Below, one piece after another: positions 17,433-26,340 of a stretch of DNA of 64,000 nt (the stretch's first letter is position 1; every line of letters starts with the position of its first letter). The position numbers and the translations under genes are program-made. The DNA lies in the IMG/VR virus record IMGVR_UViG_3300032053_000009, positions 18,630-82,629 of that record; one strand, written 5' to 3'. The notes beneath the pieces were generated by a model. It was not told where the DNA came from and made no database searches. It was given only the letters and a program-made list of their open reading frames with translations. This DNA comes from a virus. Taxonomy: Duplodnaviria > Heunggongvirae > Uroviricota > Caudoviricetes.

Positions 17433-19282
17433 TCTGCACCCCACTGAGTCCCATCATACGCAAGAATCACGGCTGCGTGATTGGTGGAAATAATTAAATT
17501 CGTGTTGCCATCAATGGTTCCGGCGGCTGGCTGAATAATGATCGGATTTGTCAACGCATCACCTTTTCCATCCTTAATAATAATCTGCTCGCCAATCAAA
17601 GGACTGGACATTAAATTAACAAACGTCGCTTCACTGGCTGCCTTGCGAACAATAATACGATAATCGGTAGACAAAACCGCTATCGCTCCCGAAGCCGTGA
17701 CAACTCGTGTCGTGCCAACCAAATTGGCAATCGAAATCGGATCAGACCCGCCAATATTATGAGTTGAAGCGTGTGCAAAATTTGGAGCCACACCCGTGCT
17801 TATAAACGAAACGTTTTCATTGAGCTGGCGACCTGTGAAGAACGTGACTGTGTTCTGATTCGTTTCCGTGTAATCAACGCCATTGACCATGATCAAGCCA
17901 CCGGAATAAACAACCAAACCACCCGTATTCATGGTATAGGAAAAATTCAAGGCAAAGACAGTCTGATTTGAGGTCGCAACAATTGTTTGACGCTGAAGTG
18001 CGGGAGCGACGACACCATTAGCAATGCGATAAAAAGCGTTCAGCGTGGCGTTGGAAGCAGGCGGCACAGTCATGGTAAAGCCTGGCAAAGACTGGCTTTC
18101 AAAAAAGTCTATGCCATTATCCAGCACCAATCCATTACGAGTCACCATCAGTGTTCCAGCCACAAACGTGGATGGCAGCGTATAGGTAATATTTGCTCCA
18201 TCCGTCGCCCCTGTAGGCAACACATAATCTTGTCGAAGTTCAGCCAACTGGTTGCCGAGAAAGGTAGCCTGAAGTTTATAGAACGCCAACAACGTGTCAT
18301 TCACCTGCGGTGCTACCGTCATTGTAAACCCTGGCTGAGTGGGCTGTTCTGCGTAGTCAACGCCACTCTTAAGCGTCAATCCATTTCTGGTGACAATTAA
18401 TGACCCAGGAACATAATTTTCAGCAAGCGTAAATATAGTATTGGCGCCATTCACCAATCCTGATGGTGTGATTTCAACCCGTGTAAATTCACCGCTGCCT
18501 TGAGTCACAATCCACGTCACGCCATTAAAAAATGAGAACGTCTGCACGTCTGTCCGGTATGCTGGCTGACCAGCAAGCGGACTGGATGGATAAGACGATG
18601 CTGAGCTGAATGGAATTCGGATGGGATCACTGCTCGTCCAGTTATGCGTTGATCCATGAGCCAAATTAGGCTGGATACCTGTGCCAATAAATTGGACGAT
18701 TTCACCAACTTGACGACCTGAAGAAAAGGTCACGGTCGTGCTGTTGGTTTCAGCATAATCAGTCGTGATCAGTTGCCTCAATCCAGTGGAATAAACTTCC
18801 AGACCACCGCTACCAGGCGTATAAGAAAAGTTCAGATTAAAAACTGTCTGACCAGCGGTAGCCACGAATGATTGAGCGACCTTGGTTGGTATGGTGGCGG
18901 TCGCTGTTAAGGAATAAAACGAGATGAGGATTGATCCGGTCAACGGTGCTGACGCCATCGTGAACCCTGGTATCCCAGGCTGCTCAAAAAAGTCCACTCC
19001 ATTTTGAAGCAGCAAACCGTTTCGAGACACCACCAACGAACCAGCATAAAATTGTTCAGGCAAGGTGTAGGTAATGTTGACGCCATTGACAGATCCGGTC
19101 GGGATAATGTTGTCACGTTCTAAAACGCCGCCACCGCTCGTGCCTTGAATCTGAGTCCACGTCACACCATCATAACCGTATAAAAGTTTCGTGTCGGTTT
19201 TGTAGAACAACCGACCGATCTTCAGATCGGTCTGAGGAAAGTTCAAACCTGAGATGTCAAGTTCTTGAGATAAAATACTCAT
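17429..19282 (-). CDS. Mosaic tail/fibre-associated protein with repeated beta modules
   Basis: Three copies of G..NG.N..(Y/F)TL....AGSL.V.RNGL.L..G.D(F/Y) and two of Q.FVAT..QTVF.LNFSY. Confidence 0.8.
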   Translation of the reverse strand: MSILSQELDISGLNFPQTDLKIGRLFYKTDTKLLYGYDGVTWTQIQGTSGGGVLERDNIIPTGSVNGVNITYTLPEQFYAGSLVVSRNGLLLQNGVDFFEQPGIPGFTMASAPLTGSILISFYSLTATATIPTKVAQSFVATAGQTVFNLNFSYTPGSGGLEVYSTGLRQLITTDYAETNSTTVTFSSGRQVGEIVQFIGTGIQPNLAHGSTHNWTSSDPIRIPFSSASSYPSSPLAGQPAYRTDVQTFSFFNGVTWIVTQGSGEFTRVEITPSGLVNGANTIFTLAENYVPGSLIVTRNGLTLKSGVDYAEQPTQPGFTMTVAPQVNDTLLAFYKLQATFLGNQLAELRQDYVLPTGATDGANITYTLPSTFVAGTLMVTRNGLVLDNGIDFFESQSLPGFTMTVPPASNATLNAFYRIANGVVAPALQRQTIVATSNQTVFALNFSYTMNTGGLVVYSGGLIMVNGVDYTETNQNTVTFFTGRQLNENVSFISTGVAPNFAHASTHNIGGSDPISIANLVGTTRVVTASGAIAVLSTDYRIIVRKAASEATFVNLMSSPLIGEQIIIKDGKGDALTNPIIIQPAAGTIDGNTNLIISTNHAAVILAYDGTQWGAE

Positions 19283-21367
19283 TTATGTTACCTCTGCCGT
19301 CCACGCAAATTCAACATACAGTAGCTGATATGTGGATTGATCAGTAGACCGATTTGAGCCAACATAAAAGCTCTGCAACCCTGCCGTTGGCGTCAATGTC
19401 CAATTGGCTTGATCTGCCCCGCTCACGCCATTGCCTACCCCTGCCAGATAATACATCACAGCCGTGTAGCCTGAAATCGTTATTGTCGGCGCCGCCTGTT
19501 TAGCTGCAACGAATGGAATTGATTTATAAGAAATTGAATTTGTCGAAACGTTCCGTTGTATTGGCCACGTTCCTTCATAAACAGGACTGCTGACTTCGTA
19601 ATAACGCAAACATCTTTGCAGTTCGTCAGCCGGATGCTGAGGAACAAAAGCAATCGGAGTGGCGCCAGTGATCAGCATAATTGAATCTGTGTACATGGTG
19701 CCATTGGCTTGCGGTGATAAATATGAGCCAAATCCAACTTCGACTGTCGTCAACGATCCGCTCATAATCTGTGTCGCCGTCAACGTTTCCCAGTTGCCTG
19801 ATCCAGAATGATTAACGGAGAAAGTGGTCGTCACGCCATCCGATATATAAAGATGAAATAGATTTGCGGTTGATGTTTTCACTCTGGCGCTGACCGTCAT
19901 CGTCAGCCCTGCAAAATTTCTAAAATTCTCAAGTCGCTGATAAATCGCTATTTGGTTCCCGCCAACACTGCCTGTAATATCCAATTTTAACGACGCCCCG
20001 CCCTGATCAACAATTGAAGTTTCTTTAGACACCGTGAACGTTGGTGTTGAGTCTTTATACAGTCTCCATTTATCAGCCAGGTAAACAGCATTGGCAGGAC
20101 TCGAAAAAGACGTTCCTCGTTGCCAAATCTCCATTCCGCCGTTCGTTAGAATGTTGGTCGTGTTGTCTTGCAAATCCGACAAAGCTCCGCCCTTCACCTT
20201 ATCAAGTTCAGCAAGCGTCGGAGCGAAACTGATTGGATTGGTAGCCATCGTCAACATAGCAGAGTCGATATAAGTTGTTGACACCTTAACATCGCCAGCG
20301 CCATACATCCCAATCGAAATATCCAAGTTTGCCACAGACAGCGTTTTAACAGCAGTCAATGTCTGCCAGGTATTGTCGCCTGTGTGATATTGCGAATACG
20401 AAGGTCCATCAACCGAGTTGTACAAGCGGACACGTATGCAACTTGCTTGATTGGTTTTCACACGAACAGACAAGGACAGAGTTTTCCCGTTGTAAAATTC
20501 TGGATTGTCTAAATATTGAAGGATGACTATTCCTGTACATGACCCGACATTGGTCAGATTAAATTTCAAGCTATATAGACCAGAGTCAACGATAGACGCT
20601 TCTTGGCTGATTGAAAACGTTGGCGCCACGCCAAAGCTCGTTCGCCATTTATTTGCCAAAAACGTATTGCTAATCGGAGCCACGAACGAGGTTCCATAAT
20701 CCCACTGCTCAAACCCGCCGTTGGCGAGAATGTTCTGAGCATTGTTGCGTAAATCAGAAACTGCTCCGGCTTTAACTTTGTCAATTTCAGCGCTAATGGG
20801 TGTGAAATTTGAAGGATTGGAACTCACCACCAGCATAGCTGAATCAATATAAGTTGTGGCGATTTTCATGTCGCCAGAATCCGTACCGCCAATTTTTATC
20901 AGTAGTCGATTGGCTGTTGCTGATAAAGTTTTTGTGACGATAAGCGTTTGCCAAGTTCCATCGCCAGTGTGATAAGAGGAATACGTATTGGTCAATCCGT
21001 CATGGATCAGCATTCTGATTGAATTAGCAGTATTGGTTTTGATGCGGACAGACAAGCTCACGGTAGCGCCTATATAATTTTGCCAATCAACCACGTCTTG
21101 CGCCACATAGCATAAAAAGCTCCCGCTGGCTGCCGTCACGTCCATCTTCATAGAATAAACGCCAGAGTCAACATTGACGCTCTCTTGCGAGAAGTTGACA
21201 GTACCGCCGTTATGAAAATGAATCCATTTATCGTCAACGTATGAACCAGTGGGTGGATTAGGAAACGAAGTGCCCAAGCTCCATACTTCAAAGCCGCCAT
21301 TGACCAGCATATTTAACTGCGCTGGCGCCATTGCAAAATCTGTTCGAGGATCAAGTTGAGTTGTCAT
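19283..21367 (-). CDS. Receptor-binding protein paralog (3 CBM-like domains)
   Basis: Three N(M/I)L.NGG.E repeats; RCLRYYE; ends WTAEVT; start MTTQLDP via TAATG coupling. Confidence 0.85.
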   Translation of the reverse strand: MTTQLDPRTDFAMAPAQLNMLVNGGFEVWSLGTSFPNPPTGSYVDDKWIHFHNGGTVNFSQESVNVDSGVYSMKMDVTAASGSFLCYVAQDVVDWQNYIGATVSLSVRIKTNTANSIRMLIHDGLTNTYSSYHTGDGTWQTLIVTKTLSATANRLLIKIGGTDSGDMKIATTYIDSAMLVVSSNPSNFTPISAEIDKVKAGAVSDLRNNAQNILANGGFEQWDYGTSFVAPISNTFLANKWRTSFGVAPTFSISQEASIVDSGLYSLKFNLTNVGSCTGIVILQYLDNPEFYNGKTLSLSVRVKTNQASCIRVRLYNSVDGPSYSQYHTGDNTWQTLTAVKTLSVANLDISIGMYGAGDVKVSTTYIDSAMLTMATNPISFAPTLAELDKVKGGALSDLQDNTTNILTNGGMEIWQRGTSFSSPANAVYLADKWRLYKDSTPTFTVSKETSIVDQGGASLKLDITGSVGGNQIAIYQRLENFRNFAGLTMTVSARVKTSTANLFHLYISDGVTTTFSVNHSGSGNWETLTATQIMSGSLTTVEVGFGSYLSPQANGTMYTDSIMLITGATPIAFVPQHPADELQRCLRYYEVSSPVYEGTWPIQRNVSTNSISYKSIPFVAAKQAAPTITISGYTAVMYYLAGVGNGVSGADQANWTLTPTAGLQSFYVGSNRSTDQSTYQLLYVEFAWTAEVT

Positions 21368-21388
21368 TAAGTTACCTCTGCTGTCCAA
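21354..21388. repeat. 35-bp perfect direct repeat, copy A (gene junction)
   Basis: agttgagttgtcattaagttacctctgctgtccaa, identical to 22280-22314. Confidence 0.95.
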
Positions 21389-22293
21389 TTAAATTGAATG
21401 GACAAAATGGGATACGTGGTTTGATCAGTGCTGCGACTTGAGTCTAACGAAAAACCGCTCACTGTTGGATTAGCGGTTTGATTTGACCAATTCGCACCAT
21501 CCGCTCCGCCATTGCCTGCACCAGTCGTTGGCGAATGAGCACGCACAGCGCTGACAATAGTGACGGTATTAGTTGGCACCGCTGCTTTTTTTGTGTTGAA
21601 CGGAACCCAAGTGATAACCTCATTTCCAGGCGTCGCATTACGATAGATAGGGATGAAAGTTGCCAAGAATCCATTTTCATAATAGCGCTGACACCGCACC
21701 AGTTCGTTGGCTGGATGTAGAGGAATAAAATTGATTAGCCCTGGGCTGACGGTCATCATCGCCGAATCAATATAAGTTGTGCTGACAAAACATGATGTAG
21801 GTAAGCCAAGAGTCACACGAAACGCTGTTGCGACAGCGCCAACGAGCGCAGATACCGTCAATATTTGCCAAGTGTTGTCGCCAGTATGGTACGACGAAAT
21901 CCAACTTGAAAATCCATCTGTGAGATAAATTATCGCCGCATTTGGCACATTGCATTTCATGGCAACAGAAACCGTCACGATCTTTCCTCTATATGATCGG
22001 GCGTTTTCTAAATCTTGAAAAATCGCCGCAGATGTTCCTGAGCCAACAACAGTAATGTCCAACTTCAATGACGTGGCTTCAGACTGGACAATAGATGTTT
22101 CTTTTGTGATTGAGAATGTTGGGCCGCCACCATAATTAGCTTGCCACTTATCAGCCGTGTACGCCGCAATAGCTGGATTAGAGAACGGTCCTGAGCCACG
22201 CTGCCATTGCTCAAAACCACCGTTCACAAGCAGATTGATCTGTGGCGGCAACGTCATTGAAAAATCAAGATTTGGATTCAGTTGAGTTGTCAT
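21367..22293 (-). CDS. Receptor-binding protein paralog (1 CBM-like domain)
   Basis: NLLVNGGFEQWQRG...YHTGDNTWQIL...RCQRYYE...WTAEVT. Confidence 0.85.
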   Translation of the reverse strand: MTTQLNPNLDFSMTLPPQINLLVNGGFEQWQRGSGPFSNPAIAAYTADKWQANYGGGPTFSITKETSIVQSEATSLKLDITVVGSGTSAAIFQDLENARSYRGKIVTVSVAMKCNVPNAAIIYLTDGFSSWISSYHTGDNTWQILTVSALVGAVATAFRVTLGLPTSCFVSTTYIDSAMMTVSPGLINFIPLHPANELVRCQRYYENGFLATFIPIYRNATPGNEVITWVPFNTKKAAVPTNTVTIVSAVRAHSPTTGAGNGGADGANWSNQTANPTVSGFSLDSSRSTDQTTYPILSIQFNWTAEVT

Positions 22294-22314
22294 TAAGTTA
22301 CCTCTGCTGTCCAA
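22280..22314. repeat. 35-bp perfect direct repeat, copy B (gene junction)
   Basis: Identical to 21354-21388, 926 bp apart. Confidence 0.95.
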
Positions 22315-23252
22315 GTAAAAATAAAATCTAAAATGTTGTACGTGGTTTGATCCCCGCCAGTTCTTTGACCGTAAATAGTAAACGCATCTTTATTGGTCGG
22401 AGTGGAGATCGCACTCCAATTAGCTTTATCGTCTGCACTGTTGGCATTACCGCTCGTAGGTAAATAACCCATGTAATAATTTACCTTCGTTATCGTCACG
22501 GTCGGTACAGCATATTTTTGAACACAAAATCGTTGAAGAACTTGGTAATAATTTTGAGAAGTGTATCGTTGCAAAGGGGCGACTGTTTCATTATTGCTCT
22601 CTGTTTTTTCATAATAGCGCTGACACCGCACCAAATCATCAGCAGGGTGCATGGAAATAAAATTAATTGGTACATTGCCAACCGTCAACATCACTGAGTC
22701 GATATAAGTTGTCGAAACAACAGTCGCTGCCAACCCGCCCAAATGACTTAAGCAACCAATAGCAGCGGTAAGCTCCCCATTAGAACCTACAGCCGATACC
22801 GTGGTTGTCAATGTAAGAGTTTCCCATCCCGTTCCTGCATTCGAGGAAGAAAATCTCCAACTCCCCGCATCAGCAAAACCAATCTGAATTTTATTTGCGA
22901 CAGAGCATTTGACTCTTGCGGAAATACTGATAACTCGCCCATTTAATGATCCGCCTATAAGCCCTTCCAAGGACTGAATAACCCCTATGCCGAGTCCGCC
23001 TGCCACCGTCACATCCAGTTTCAGGCTGTACGGGAACACATCATAATTGCCCGCACCCCCTTCTCTGGCGATTGTAAAGGTCGGAGATCCATTCTTGGTG
23101 CAATACCAACCATCTGCTGTGTAAACTCCAAGAGCGGGTGAACTAAAAGAGGTTCCTCTCTGCCAAAAAGCAAATCCACCATTAATTAACATATTGACCT
23201 GCGGTGCCAGCGTCACGCTAAGATCTTGATCAGGAATTAATTTTGTTGTCAT
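22293..23252 (-). CDS. Receptor-binding protein paralog (1 CBM-like domain)
   Basis: NMLINGGFAFWQRG...RCQRYYE...WTAEVT. Confidence 0.85.
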   Translation of the reverse strand: MTTKLIPDQDLSVTLAPQVNMLINGGFAFWQRGTSFSSPALGVYTADGWYCTKNGSPTFTIAREGGAGNYDVFPYSLKLDVTVAGGLGIGVIQSLEGLIGGSLNGRVISISARVKCSVANKIQIGFADAGSWRFSSSNAGTGWETLTLTTTVSAVGSNGELTAAIGCLSHLGGLAATVVSTTYIDSVMLTVGNVPINFISMHPADDLVRCQRYYEKTESNNETVAPLQRYTSQNYYQVLQRFCVQKYAVPTVTITKVNYYMGYLPTSGNANSADDKANWSAISTPTNKDAFTIYGQRTGGDQTTYNILDFIFTWTAEVT

Positions 23253-23253
23253 G

Positions 23254-24192
23254 TCACAAAACCTCTAAAAGCAAATATTCGGATGTAGTTGACGAAAACA
23301 ATTCTGCTGCGTGAAACGCTGTCAATGGACTACCCGATACGCTGCTACCAGCAAAATATCCACTATGATTCGATTCCGCTGCAAAACCCAATGCTCCAAT
23401 AACCACCAAGCCGCCAGCCGGATTGCCCGTTTTCCAATTCGTTGAACTAAAAACTGTGGCTGTCGGCACGGCTGCCATTGGCACAAAATAGTGAATTGGA
23501 AATTCGCACGCTGACGTAGATAGAGCTATGCCGATTGCCACATCTTGATTAATTGCCCCGCCACCAAATTTTTGGCAATAACGCAAACACCGTGAAAAAT
23601 TATCAGCAGGTTGCAACGGCACAAATGATAACGATTGGCTACCAACACATAGCATGACATTATCAATATAAATCGTAGCCACATTAACGTCGCTGGAAAT
23701 CATACCGATCTCCAAATATAATTGGCTGGTTGCTGAATAAACAGTTTGCGTGGCGGTCAAGGTCTGCCAGGTATTATCTCCGGTATGATAATCCGACGGA
23801 GTGTTAAAGATACTATCCCGCAATCTGATCTTTGCCGTGTTAGCGACATTGCATTTTATTCTCGCCGACGCCGATACGGTCAAGCCAGCATACGCTGAAG
23901 CGTTTTCCACGAATCCAACAATGCGACACACGGTGGCGCCGCCAACCGCCGTCACGTTCAATTTAAGAGAATATGAACCCTTACCATCAATAATGCTTGA
24001 CTCTTGGCTAATGGTAAATGTTGGAGACCCAATTAGCGACACTTGCCACTTATCTGCCGTGTACGCATTAATGCTTGGATTAGAAAACGATATTCCTCTC
24101 TGCCACACTTCCATTCCTCCATTATTAAGAAGATTGAGAAATGGCGAAAACGCATTTGGATCTAAAGCCCGATTAACTACAGTCGTTCCCAT
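23254..24192 (-). CDS. Receptor-binding protein paralog (1 CBM-like domain, divergent C-terminus)
   Basis: NLLNNGGMEVWQRG...YHTGDNTWQTL...RCLRYCQ; start MGTTVV via TAATG. Confidence 0.85.
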   Translation of the reverse strand: MGTTVVNRALDPNAFSPFLNLLNNGGMEVWQRGISFSNPSINAYTADKWQVSLIGSPTFTISQESSIIDGKGSYSLKLNVTAVGGATVCRIVGFVENASAYAGLTVSASARIKCNVANTAKIRLRDSIFNTPSDYHTGDNTWQTLTATQTVYSATSQLYLEIGMISSDVNVATIYIDNVMLCVGSQSLSFVPLQPADNFSRCLRYCQKFGGGAINQDVAIGIALSTSACEFPIHYFVPMAAVPTATVFSSTNWKTGNPAGGLVVIGALGFAAESNHSGYFAGSSVSGSPLTAFHAAELFSSTTSEYLLLEVL

Positions 24193-26333
24193 TAAGTCAC
24201 CTCGGCTACCCAATTAAATTCTATCGACGCCAGCGGATACGTGGTTTGATCACCTGTACGTGTTAAACCAACATAAAACCCATTTACTCCAACGCCTTTG
24301 CCAGCCGTCCAATTTGCTGTATCGCTGCTACTACTGTTGCCAGTCGTTGCCAAGTGCAACAAAACAACAGAAAGAGATGATAATGTTACCGTTGGCGTCG
24401 CAACTTTCGTGACACGAAACGGAATAGAAAAATAAGCACAGTAATTCACGCCAGCGTTGCGACTAATTGGCTCCACGGTTTCAAATATTGGACTCGACAC
24501 TTCATAATATCGTTGGCACCGAATCAAATCTTGATATGGTGCGACAGGTTGATAAGGAGCTGGTGAAGCGTTTTGCACCACCATCACTGCCGTGGCATCA
24601 ACGTAACACACCGCATTTGGCGCAAAAATCCCAAAAGCCACAGTCGAAGTGCTGTCATCTATAAAAGTTGTGACTGTCAACAAATGCCAATTCCCATCAC
24701 CTGGATGATAAGCGCTTCTATAAATACTTGGTGAGCTGGCTGCTCCTTGTAACAAAATTCCGCAACCATTTGAATTGGAACGAACATAGGCTGAAAACGT
24801 AATAGGCTTTGATCGGTGAGAAGCAGCCGTATCAAAATACTGAATAGCAAATCGAGCATCGTTAAGAACTCCTGTCCCGACCACCGTGCATTGAAAGCGC
24901 ATCGCATATGGACTTTGCGGATCTGGATAGGCTGTTCCAAGCCTACTGATCGTAAACGTTGGCTGAACCGTGGCAGTGTTATATTGATTTGTCCATCGGT
25001 CGGCTGTTTCGGCGCCATTGGCTGGATTGCTAAATGTTGTACCTCGTTGCCACCATAAAAATCCGCCATTGTCAGCCAAGTTATCGACCCCATGCCCGTA
25101 CTGAGTATAAAATGAATAGGATCGCATAGAGTCATTGTCTTGGCTTTCAGACACGTATGGAATTGAGACAGGTCCAATATTTGCTATTGCGTTATCGACA
25201 TAGACAACGCCTGTGCCAGGTACGTTCACATCATACCAGCCAGCTCTAAAACAAAGATAATTAGCGAGGGCGTAAACAGATAACGTCACCGACAACGTTT
25301 CCCATCCCCCACCGCCCGAATGCGCATTTGAATATTTAGTCGTGTTTAGATCTGTTATCTGTAATTTGAAACCAGCCAAGGTTGTTTTAACTCGCATCGC
25401 ATAAGAAACGGTACGATTACGAAACGAATTTCCATAAGTGGTTTGTATGATGCCAGCTTGCGTGGTTCCAGATCCAGCGCTGGTGACGCTAATATACAGC
25501 GCATTACGACCCGTCAATGGATCGAAATTCACTGTCTCTTGACCATAAGTAACAGTCGGAATGGAGCTTGTGGTGGTAGCTTCAGCAACCCACCCATCAG
25601 TGACAGACATATATCCTGATGGCTGTGGATTAACGCAAATATCACCCCGATTCCAAATTTCAAAACCGCCATTAATAAGAATGTTTCGAGTGTTCCCTTG
25701 AACAATAGACGAGTATCCCGTCTTCAACAATTCAACTTCAGCATGATCAGGCTCAAAAGTCGGAATTGTAGCGCCCAACATCAACATGGCCGAATCAACA
25801 TAAAATATTCCATTAGCTGGCGCAGCTCCGCCCGCCGTAGAATCAAAACCGACATGGACAGATAACCCAACTCCGCCAGGCGTAAATTTTACGCTTAGGG
25901 TCTGCCAAGTGTTATCGCCAGTATGGGCAGTGGACAAAATGGTTCCGCCAGACCAAAACGCCATCACACACACTCCGGCAACATTGCTTTTTACCCGCAT
26001 CGAAAGAGAAAGCTGTTTTCCATTCAAAGAAGCAGAATTGTTGGAAGTAATAGGAGTTTGACCAACACGCAAACGTGTTCCGCTGCCAGCGTTGGTGATA
26101 TTGACTTTCATGGAATAAGCGCCATTGTCAATAGTGGTTGCTTCCTGAGAAATCGTATACGCCGTTACGCCAACTACTCGTACTGCCCACCCATCGGCTG
26201 CGTTTTGCTGATCAGGAGGATTGGTGAAAAGTGTCCCACCATTCCATTGTTCAAACCCGCCATTGGTTAAGAGGTTCTGATATGGGCTATTGACCGGATC
26301 TAACGCTCTTGATGGTACGAATGTCTCACTCAT
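24192..26333 (-). CDS. Receptor-binding protein paralog (3 CBM-like domains)
   Basis: NLLTNGGFE / NILINGGFE / NLADNGGF; RCQRYYE; WVAEVT; start MSETFV. Confidence 0.85.
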   Translation of the reverse strand: MSETFVPSRALDPVNSPYQNLLTNGGFEQWNGGTLFTNPPDQQNAADGWAVRVVGVTAYTISQEATTIDNGAYSMKVNITNAGSGTRLRVGQTPITSNNSASLNGKQLSLSMRVKSNVAGVCVMAFWSGGTILSTAHTGDNTWQTLSVKFTPGGVGLSVHVGFDSTAGGAAPANGIFYVDSAMLMLGATIPTFEPDHAEVELLKTGYSSIVQGNTRNILINGGFEIWNRGDICVNPQPSGYMSVTDGWVAEATTTSSIPTVTYGQETVNFDPLTGRNALYISVTSAGSGTTQAGIIQTTYGNSFRNRTVSYAMRVKTTLAGFKLQITDLNTTKYSNAHSGGGGWETLSVTLSVYALANYLCFRAGWYDVNVPGTGVVYVDNAIANIGPVSIPYVSESQDNDSMRSYSFYTQYGHGVDNLADNGGFLWWQRGTTFSNPANGAETADRWTNQYNTATVQPTFTISRLGTAYPDPQSPYAMRFQCTVVGTGVLNDARFAIQYFDTAASHRSKPITFSAYVRSNSNGCGILLQGAASSPSIYRSAYHPGDGNWHLLTVTTFIDDSTSTVAFGIFAPNAVCYVDATAVMVVQNASPAPYQPVAPYQDLIRCQRYYEVSSPIFETVEPISRNAGVNYCAYFSIPFRVTKVATPTVTLSSLSVVLLHLATTGNSSSSDTANWTAGKGVGVNGFYVGLTRTGDQTTYPLASIEFNWVAEVT

Positions 26334-26340
26334 TTTATCC

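Noticed and set aside
16500-26333. Diversity-generating retroelement acting on RBP C-termini
   Set aside because: No reverse transcriptase in the window. The paralogs differ at all base types and no TR/VR pair with adenine-only mismatches was seen. An RT elsewhere cannot be excluded.
16500-26333. Invertible tail-fibre shufflon
   Set aside because: All paralogs are full-length, co-oriented and have their own starts; no inverted repeats or serine/tyrosine recombinase were seen.
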